A DNA stretch of 24,000 nucleotides from assembly GCA_963754285.1 (NCBI GenBank), contig CAVWFN010000004.1, positions 214,151 to 238,150 of the forward strand, given 5' to 3'. This stretch comes from an uncultured Actinomycetota bacterium (GTDB lineage Bacteria; Actinomycetota; Actinomycetes; Mycobacteriales; Jatrophihabitantaceae). The translations under genes and the position numbers were made by a program. The notes under the pieces are model-generated. The model was not told the origin of the DNA and did no database searches. It worked only from the letters and a program-made list of their open reading frames with translations. Of the stretch, positions 8,390 to 15,023 are shown in pieces (position 1 is the stretch's first letter; every line of letters begins with the position of its first letter).

Positions 8390-9562
8390 CTAGCTGTGAA
8401 CGGTGATAGCAACGACGGCGGTGTCATCGGCCGAGCGGACCGGCGCGCTGCCGACGATCACCGGCAGCCACGACCCGACCTTGCTGCCGCGGGCCACGGC
8501 CTCGCTCGTCGCGTCGAGAAGCTCGTCGACGCCCAGGCTCGCGCGATTGGCGGGCACGCGGTATGCGTCGAGCAGGCCGTCGGTGTAGAGGATCATCGAT
8601 GCTCCGGCAGACAGCAGCGTGCGCGACACCGGCCAGCCGCCGCTCTGCGGCCATCGCCGCGCCGCGCCGGTCAGCCCTTCGATCCCCAGTGGTGGACCGA
8701 TCTCGGGATCGAGGTAGGTGACGCGACCGGCAGAACAGATCAACGGCGGCGGGTGCCCTGCTACTCGAAGGGTGACGCTGCGATCGACGTCGATCGTGAT
8801 GTCGCAGGCGGTGACGAACCGTCCGCCGCTCCCGGTCTCGGCCGACAGCAGCCGCGACATCGACGTCAGGATCGTCTCGTCCGGCACGCCGGCCAGCACG
8901 AGCGTGCGCCAGGCAACGCGCAGGTGGACGCCGAGCGCGGCTTCGTCGGGGCCGTGCCCCATCACGTCACCGACCACGGCACGCACGCGTCCGTCCGGAA
9001 GCTGCACGACGTCGTAGAAGTCGCCGCCGAGCACGGCGAGGTTGCGGCCGGGCTGGTAGTAGGTCGCGCACTCGACGAAGTCGTCACGCAACAGCGGTCG
9101 CGGTAACAGGCCGCGTTCGAGTCGGGAGTTCTCTGCCGAGAGCATCTGCTCCTCGCGCAGGGCGAGCTCGGTCGCCTGCGCGCGGCTGCGTTCGACCGCG
9201 TATCGGATCGACCGGTCGAGCAACTCCGGCGTGATGTCGTCCTTGACGAGGTAGTCCTGCGCTCCGGCGGCGACGGCGTCGACGCCAGTGCGGTCGTTGC
9301 GTCCGGTCAGGACGATGATCGGGATCCCGATCGCCTCGCCCACGAGACCGTGCAGCGCGCCGAGACCTTCGGCGTCGGGCAGGCCGAGATCGAGCAGGAC
9401 GCAGCCGGGCGCCTCGGCCAGGGCGTTGATCCCCTCGGCGAGAGTTCGCTGCCACAACACGTCCACCTCGGGGACGCCCGCCTCGATCAGGCACTCGCGC
9501 ACCAACAGGGCATCGCCCTCGTCGTCTTCGACGAGGAGCACGCGCGACAGGAGGTCGCTCAC
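8390..9562 (-). CDS. Response regulator receiver fused to a PP2C/SpoIIE-type phosphatase
   Basis: ORF 8390..9562 (390 aa). LLVEDDEGDALLV...VLLDLGLPDAEG...IIVLTG (REC), then GGDFYDVV...VGDVMGHGPDEAALG...ILYTDGLLDA...DDTAVVAI (PP2C/SpoIIE motifs). Confidence 0.9.
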   Translation of the reverse strand: MSDLLSRVLLVEDDEGDALLVRECLIEAGVPEVDVLWQRTLAEGINALAEAPGCVLLDLGLPDAEGLGALHGLVGEAIGIPIIVLTGRNDRTGVDAVAAGAQDYLVKDDITPELLDRSIRYAVERSRAQATELALREEQMLSAENSRLERGLLPRPLLRDDFVECATYYQPGRNLAVLGGDFYDVVQLPDGRVRAVVGDVMGHGPDEAALGVHLRVAWRTLVLAGVPDETILTSMSRLLSAETGSGGRFVTACDITIDVDRSVTLRVAGHPPPLICSAGRVTYLDPEIGPPLGIEGLTGAARRWPQSGGWPVSRTLLSAGASMILYTDGLLDAYRVPANRASLGVDELLDATSEAVARGSKVGSWLPVIVGSAPVRSADDTAVVAITVHS

Positions 9563-9646
9563 GCTGCCCTCCTGTCAATCGCAGTGGGTCGACCTCGGCG
9601 AACCCTACCGGTCCGGGGTCGGAATATCGTGCGTTGCACGCTGTTG

Positions 9647-9697
9647 TTGACACATCAAGCAGATAGGACTAGGGTCCTAGTTGAACGATCAACTATC
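9647..9697 (+). promoter_or_regulatory. Putative promoter (TTGACA-17 nt-TAGGGT) overlapped by nested palindromes, upstream of yceI-like gene
   Basis: TTGACA at 9647-9652 and TAGGGT at 9670-9675, with a 17-nt spacer. Inverted repeats: actagg-gt-cctagt (9668-9681), gttga-acga-tcaac (9680-9693) and gatag...ctatc (9662-9666 / 9693-9697). The stretch is locally AT-rich in a GC-rich genome. Confidence 0.4.
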
Positions 9698-9713
9698 AGG
9701 AAGAGGCAGGTCC

Positions 9714-10274
9714 ATGACCAGCACACTCACCGACTTCAGCACCCTGACCGGCACCTACGCCATCGACGCGTCGCACAGCCGGTTCGGCTTCGTCGCCCGC
9801 CACGCGATGGTCACGAAGGTCCGCGGCGCGTTCAACGAGTTCGAGGGCACCGCGACCATCGACGGCGCGAACCCGGACAACTCGACCGTTTCGGTAACCA
9901 TCGCCGTCGACAGCATCGACACCCGCAACAAGCAGCGCGACGACCACATCCGCACCAACGACTTCCTCGACGTCGCGACCTACCCGCAGATCACCTTCAC
10001 GTCGACCGCCATCAAGCACCAGGACGGCAACGACTTCGAGGTCACCGGCGACCTGACGATCCGCGGCGTCACCAAGTCGATCACGATCCCGCTCGAGTTC
10101 CAGGGCGCGGCAAGCGACCCGTTCGGCAACGAGCGCATCGGCTTCGAGGGCTCGGTCGCGATCAACCGCAAGGACTGGGGCGTCAACTGGAACGCCGCGC
10201 TCGAGGCCGGCGGCGTTCTCGTGAGCGAGAAGGTCACCCTCGAGTTCGAGATCTCGGCGATCAAAACCGCCTGA
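9714..10274 (+). CDS. YceI-family (polyisoprenoid-binding-like) protein
   Basis: ORF 9681..10274 trimmed to ATG at 9714 (GGAAGAGG upstream). YAIDASHSRFGFVARHAMVTKVRGAFNEFEG...DTRNKQRDDHIRTNDFLDV..YPQITFTS...GDLTIRGVTK is the classic YceI pattern. Confidence 0.9.
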   Translation: MTSTLTDFSTLTGTYAIDASHSRFGFVARHAMVTKVRGAFNEFEGTATIDGANPDNSTVSVTIAVDSIDTRNKQRDDHIRTNDFLDVATYPQITFTSTAIKHQDGNDFEVTGDLTIRGVTKSITIPLEFQGAASDPFGNERIGFEGSVAINRKDWGVNWNAALEAGGVLVSEKVTLEFEISAIKTA

Positions 10275-10286
10275 CCCGCGCAGATC

Positions 10287-10323
10287 GTGCAACTTCTGCG
10301 GCGACTGACCGCAGAAGTTGCAC
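10287..10323 (+). terminator. Perfect 15-bp stem / 7-nt loop hairpin after the yceI-like gene
   Basis: gtgcaacttctgcgg (10287-10301) and ccgcagaagttgcac (10309-10323) are exact reverse complements. The hairpin starts 13 nt after the stop. No T tract follows, as is common for actinobacterial terminators. Confidence 0.55.
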
Positions 10324-10333
10324 AATCAACGGT

Positions 10334-10798
10334 ATGGCAGACCGAGGCGCGTTACGCGCGAAGTATCTGCATGCCGATCGTCCACCGAGCACTGCTCGCG
10401 GACTGCATCACACCGCCCTGATCAGCAGCGACGTCGAAGCGACGATCCGCTTCTATCAGGACGTGCTCGGGTTCCCGTTGACCGAGCTGATCGAGAACCG
10501 CGACTATCCCGACTCGTCACATTTCTTCTTCGACATCGGCAACGGGAACCTGCTCGCCTTCTTCGACTTCCCCGGCCTCGAGGTGCAGCCATATGCCGAA
10601 GTGCTCGGCGGCTTGCACCACATCGCGATCTCGGTCGACCAGCAGCACTGGGACGGCGCAGTGCGCCGCCTGAGCGATGCCGGGGTCGACCACGAGGTGC
10701 ACAGCGCGGTGTCGGTCTACTTCCGTGATCCGGACGGCGCGCGACTCGAACTGATCGCCGACCCATTGGGCGAGATGTACGGCTCGCACGTGCTCTAG
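10334..10798 (+). CDS. VOC / glyoxalase-bleomycin-resistance-dioxygenase family protein
   Basis: Last 154 codons of ORF 9350..10798, from ATG at 10334. GLHHTALISSDVEATIRFYQDVLGFPL...GGLHHIAISV...VYFRDPDGARLELI are the paired beta-alpha-beta-beta-beta VOC motifs. Confidence 0.9.
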   Translation: MADRGALRAKYLHADRPPSTARGLHHTALISSDVEATIRFYQDVLGFPLTELIENRDYPDSSHFFFDIGNGNLLAFFDFPGLEVQPYAEVLGGLHHIAISVDQQHWDGAVRRLSDAGVDHEVHSAVSVYFRDPDGARLELIADPLGEMYGSHVL

Positions 10799-12021
10799 CT
10801 GCCGACTCCGTCCGGCCAATCAATCCGGTCGAAGTCCGCCCGGAGGCGCGCGGCGAACCGCGCGTCCAACGCGCCGGCCGCAGCGATCCGTCCCAGCAGC
10901 CGCTCGCGCGACACGTTCTGTCCGGGCACGCCGTGCACGCGACAGTTGTGCACGATCGCGCGCAGTCGATCACGTTCGTCGCGTGGCAGCGTCGGATGGT
11001 CGTTGACCACTGCGCCCAACGCAGCAAGCCGACCAGCGTTCGTGCGCACGGACGTCTTGTGCGCCGCCAACACGAAACCCTCGTCGCGCACGATGCCTTC
11101 GACGGCGGCGAGGAATCCCGTGCGCGCACGATGCAATGGCCGCGCGCCGCTGAAGACGAGATCGTCGACATAGCGCGTGTACGTCGCGTCGAAACGGTCG
11201 GCGAGCGCGGCAAGCCGACGATCCAGCCCGAACGCGACTGCGTTGGCCAGCAACGGCGATGTCGGTGCGCCCTGCGGCAGGTGCGGAACGACCAGACGGT
11301 CGCGGAGCCTGCGCTGCGCCTCGATGCCGACCATGTCGCGTGCTCGCGGAACGTCGCGCCACACGGGTGCGGGCATCGCCGTCGTGCACAGGCCGGCAAT
11401 CGCATCGCCCACGGCGGGAGCCACGTCGAAGGCTCGCAACAGACCCCGCACTCGTCCCACCGTCACTGTGGGGAAGAAGCTCTCCAGATCGAGGTGCACG
11501 AGCACCGCTGCACCTGCATGCGGTGTCAGCGCCGACGCCACCGATCGCGACCGCACCCCGCCGTGCGCGCAGTCGTGCAGCGGGATCGCCGCGGTCAAGC
11601 GCCGCAGCAGCCGCCGCTGGATCTGTTTCAACCGCGACTTCGGCGCAGCCACCAGCCGCACGCCGCCACGCTTGGGCAGAGCCCGCCACCGGTAGTGCTG
11701 CAACTTCGGTGCGGCGCGGCGCTCGCGGCTTTGCAGATCGGCGAACCACATCAGCTCGCCGAGATCGACGGCGAGGATCTGGCACAACGCCGAGAGGTCC
11801 GTACGCGGATCGAGCAGGCCAGGCGGCTCGGCGAGGAAGGCTGTCAGCTCCTCGCGCGCGGGAGGTTCGGCGAAGCGGCGGCGCAGCGCGCCGGCGAGGG
11901 CGACCACGTCATCGTCGATGAGCAGCCGCCGGCGCGCTCGGGCGATCCGCAGCTGGATCGCATCGACCTGCCACGGCCCGTCCAGAATGACGTCGACAAG
12001 ATCGTCGTCGCCGGAGGTCAT
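10795..12021 (-). CDS. Retron-type reverse transcriptase (RNA-directed DNA polymerase), stand-alone
   Basis: ORF 10795..12108, with ATG at 12021 preferred (MTSGDDD...). RT motifs: ALPKRGGVRLVAAPKSRLKQIQRRLL (RT1); HLDLESFFPTV (RT2); LPQGAPTSPLLAN at 11254-11280 (RT4); RYVDDLVFSG with YVDD at 11161-11172 (RT5); GRLAALGAVVND...LRAIVHNCRVHG, which resembles the retron VTG / thumb region. No maturase, endonuclease or DGR-type motifs. Confidence 0.9.
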   Translation of the reverse strand: MTSGDDDLVDVILDGPWQVDAIQLRIARARRRLLIDDDVVALAGALRRRFAEPPAREELTAFLAEPPGLLDPRTDLSALCQILAVDLGELMWFADLQSRERRAAPKLQHYRWRALPKRGGVRLVAAPKSRLKQIQRRLLRRLTAAIPLHDCAHGGVRSRSVASALTPHAGAAVLVHLDLESFFPTVTVGRVRGLLRAFDVAPAVGDAIAGLCTTAMPAPVWRDVPRARDMVGIEAQRRLRDRLVVPHLPQGAPTSPLLANAVAFGLDRRLAALADRFDATYTRYVDDLVFSGARPLHRARTGFLAAVEGIVRDEGFVLAAHKTSVRTNAGRLAALGAVVNDHPTLPRDERDRLRAIVHNCRVHGVPGQNVSRERLLGRIAAAGALDARFAARLRADFDRIDWPDGVGS

Positions 12022-12023
12022 GA

Positions 12024-12178
12024 AGCGGGCCGGGGGCGGCTGTTCCCTGACTTGCGCGCCCCGTGCTTCATCTCGTGAAGGTTGAGGGCGTGCGCTGCAA
12101 TGCCACACTCACCGAACTGACCTCGGGGTAGCCCCGAAGTGGTCGACGACCGCCGACCGTCCCTCCCCCGGGCCCGCT
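12024..12178 (-). ncRNA. Candidate structured RNA immediately upstream of the RT (possible retron msr/msd-like or RT-template ncRNA)
   Basis: Long-range inverted repeat: 12162-12178 (cctcccccgggcccgct) vs 12024-12040 (agcgggccgggggcggc). It forms 8+5 bp with one bulge, plus 2 more bp after a mismatch. It encloses three hairpins at 12119-12144, 12081-12113 and 12066-12080. No convincing protein coding. Structure only; no homology evidence. Confidence 0.3.
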
Positions 12179-12320
12179 CCACGCCTTGATTGGATCACGA
12201 GCCGACCTTGACGAAACCGTAGGAGATATCCGGCGCTTGCCGGGATAGCTTGCGTTCGCGGGAGGAATCGGACGTAACCACCCGCGCGAATTTCCCCCGA
12301 ACGCGTCGAGGTTGTTGCGA

Positions 12321-15023
12321 GTGAACCGCCGGATGCCACGTGCTCTGACCGCGCTGTGCGCTGCGGTCATCACCTTTGTCGGCGTCGGCATCTGCACACC
12401 CGCGTCGGCCACACCGACCGGCACGTTCTACGTGTCGAGCGGCGGCCACGACAGCAACACTTGCGACTCGCCGACCTCGACGTGCGCCACGATCGCGGGT
12501 GCACTGATGCAGGCGAGCGCCGGCGACACGATCATCGTCGGCGACGGCACCTATCCCGACCCGGTGACCCTGTCGATGGGGATCACCGTTGAAGGTTGGT
12601 CGTCTCAAACACCTGTTATCACCGCACCGATCACGATCGATGATGCCGGCGCGCCAGTGACGGTCAGCGGCCTCACGTTCGGTGACGGCGGCGGGATCGA
12701 GGTCGACGACAACACCGGGACGACGGCGTTGACGGGCAACACGTTCAGCGATGTGACCGGCCCCGCGATCACGCTGAACGGATCCAACGACCCGAGCAAC
12801 CCGATGGGCGTCACGGTCAGCGGCAACACCGGCAGCGTGCCGGCTGGCGCGCAGCCGATCGCCAGAGCGGCTGCGTCGCGGTGTCGACGGGCGGCGTGCC
12901 CAACGCGATCCGCATCGACGGGGCGACAGTGCATTGCCTGGATCGCCGACCGGCATGACCACCGACGAGGCGCCAACACGCGTCTCGGTGACGGCGGCGC
13001 CGGAACGGCATCTCGACTCGGCGAGCCTCGACGTCGCCGTCACCACAAACTCGGTGAGGCGCCGTCACCAGTCGGATCGCCGATCCGAGCGGCGGCACCA
13101 GCTACGCGCCTGTCCCGCTCACGGGGAGCAATGGGTCTTTCGGCGGATCGCTGACGTCCGCGGATCTCCGTTCGCGGCGACCGGTTCGCTGTCGCCCGGC
13201 GTCACGATCTCGGCCGCGTTGACCGCACCGACCGGTCGCGCCGACGGTGCCGCTCAAGCCTCGACGAGATCGACGGTGGCGATCAGTAGCCCGACACCGT
13301 CGCGACGAATCGTTCCGCCCGACACTGGTCACGCCAACAGCCCGCCGGTCGTGTAACGACCAGAGCGTGACCATCGCGCACGGACAATCGCCACGTCGCA
13401 TCACGCTTCAGCAAGCGACGCTGACGGAGACGGTTGAGGAACTCGCAGACTCCCAGCGGCCGCGCACGGGACGGGCAGTGTCAGTGGGACCGCTCCGAAC
13501 CTGACCTATCAGGCGCCGCGTCGGGGGACTACAGGCCGCAACCGCCTTCACATTCACGGTCACCGATGGAAATAGTGACCCCGCGACACAAACTGTGACG
13601 GTTAACCCGGCACCAAACAGCGTGCCGAGCTACACCGGCCAGAACCTCACCATGGCGCACGGGGCAACCAGCATCGACATCGTGCTCTCAGCTACCGATG
13701 GGGACGCCGGCGACACCCTCGCCTACAGCCACACGCAACCCACCGCCGGGACCGTCACCCAAGGCATAGACGATCACCACCTCACCTACCACGCACCTGT
13801 AGGCGGGCTGCACCAGGCAGCGACGTTCACCTACGCCGTCACCGACGGCTACAGCAACCCGCCCAGCCAAACGATCACCATCAATCCGCCGCCGAACAGC
13901 GTGCCGAGCTACACCGGCCAGAACCTCACCATCCCGCACGGGGCAACCAGCATCGACATCGTGCTCTCAGCTACCGATGGAGACGCCGGCGACACCCTCA
14001 CCTACAGCCACACGCAACCCACCGCCGGGACCGTCACCCAAGGCATAGACGACCACCACCTCACCTACCACGCACCTGCAGGCGGGCTGCACCAGGCAGC
14101 CACGTTCACCTACGCCGTCACCGACGGCTACAGCGACCCGCCCAGCCAAACGATCACCATCAATCCGCCGCCGAACAGCCCGCCGACGCTTAGTACGTCG
14201 TCCCAATCGATCGCGATTGGCGTGCCGGTGAATTCGAGTCAGACGATCACAGTGAATGCGACCGACTCCGACGGCGACATATTGACATACACGCCGTCGA
14301 GCACCGCATTACAAAAGGTGGCGACGAACAAGTTCTCGTACACAGCACCGGCCACGGCCGTGGGCCACACACTCCAGTTCACCGTGACTGTCAGCGATCC
14401 TTACGGTGGTACCGCGATCTCCCAAATAGCGATCTCGGTGGTCCGAGCCGCGTCGCAGGTGACTAAGATTTCGATGTCGCCGTCGCATCCGTCAAGCGCT
14501 GATCACCCGGTGGTAACGGTGACGATGAACTCGGCCGGCAATGAGTCGAATGGTCTTGTCACGATCAAGACCGGCGGGTTCGGCACACCGACGGCAAAGG
14601 TGGTGAACGGGAAGGCGACCAGTCACGTTGCCGCAGTTCCCCGGCGGCGCGCAGAGCATCACCGCGGTCTACGGCGGGACGGCGACGACGGCACCGGCCA
14701 CGTCCAACCAGTTCGGCTTCACGGTCACGAAGGTCGCGAGCAAGATCGCGTTCAAGACCTCTCCCACGCAGTTGACGACGCGCACCAGCAACGCGACGGC
14801 GACGGTCACGGTCACGGCCGGCCCGTTCCGTCCGAGCGGTGGCACCGTGACCATCGACGAGAACGGCAACCGGCTCGCCCAGGGCACGCCGAAGGTCGGT
14901 GTCGTGACGCTGCACCTGCCGCGCTTCTCGCTCGGGCAGCACAACCTGACGGTCGGCTACACCGGTACCGACTCGATCGGTGTCTCGAGCGTCGTCGTGA
15001 TCGAACGCGTCGGGCTGGCCTGA
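12321..15023 (+). pseudogene. Secreted right-handed beta-helix + cadherin-like/Ig-like repeat surface protein; reading frame broken many times
   Basis: GTG at 12321 (GAGG 9 nt upstream). Signal peptide VNRRMPRALTALCAAVITFVGVGICTPASA. Beta-helix-type N-terminus GTFYVSSGGHDSNTCDSPTSTCATIAGALMQASAGDTIIVGDGTY. Protein-like translation then hops between all three frames over 12860-13600, with in-frame stops at 12956, 13152, 13354 and 13502. It continues in the frame of ORF 13595..15067 (93-aa repeats) and shifts at ~14625 into ORF 14628..15023 (LPQFPGGAQSITAVYGGTATTAPATSNQFGFTV, an Ig-like repeat signature). Confidence 0.65.
13616..14173 (+). repeat. Tandem direct repeat, 2 x 279 bp (93 codons), 271/279 identical
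   Basis: Unit A is 13616-13894 and unit B is 13895-14173. I aligned them by eye and found 8 substitutions and no indels. A diverged upstream copy (~13330-13615, frame-broken) and a diverged downstream copy (14174-~14450) flank them. Confidence 0.95.

Noticed and set aside
9350-10333. Upstream two-thirds of ORF 9350..10798 (+, 482 aa), and ORF 9696..10325 (-)
   Set aside because: They overlap the REC-PP2C start, the intergenic region and the YceI gene in wrong frames. Only the last 154 codons (the VOC domain) are protein-like.
10422-12078. ORFs 10422..11405 (-), 10933..12078 (+), 10970..11785 (-) and 11259..11921 (+), all overlapping the RT
   Set aside because: They are alternative frames or antisense to the RT gene. 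All are Arg-rich without motifs, whereas the RT frame carries every RT motif.
10795-12311. Group II intron
   Set aside because: There is no maturase (X) or endonuclease domain. I could not recognise a domain V/VI-like structure or intron boundary sequences. RT motif 4 is retron-like.
12068-12424. ORFs 12068..12424 (-, 118 aa) and 12109..12339 (-, 76 aa) as possible RT-associated effectors
   Set aside because: They run across the divergent promoter region and into the surface-gene start in antisense. The composition is low-complexity (R/G/S/P-rich) and no start context is recognisable. I treat the region as non-coding RNA or regulatory.
10795-14173. Diversity-generating retroelement (RT plus template/variable repeats in a surface protein)
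   Set aside because: The RT has the retron-type LPQGAPTSP motif rather than the DGR-type IGNxxSQ motif. The 8 differences between the two 279-bp repeats are not adenine-specific. Both repeats are coding units in tandem, not a non-coding TR plus a 3' VR.
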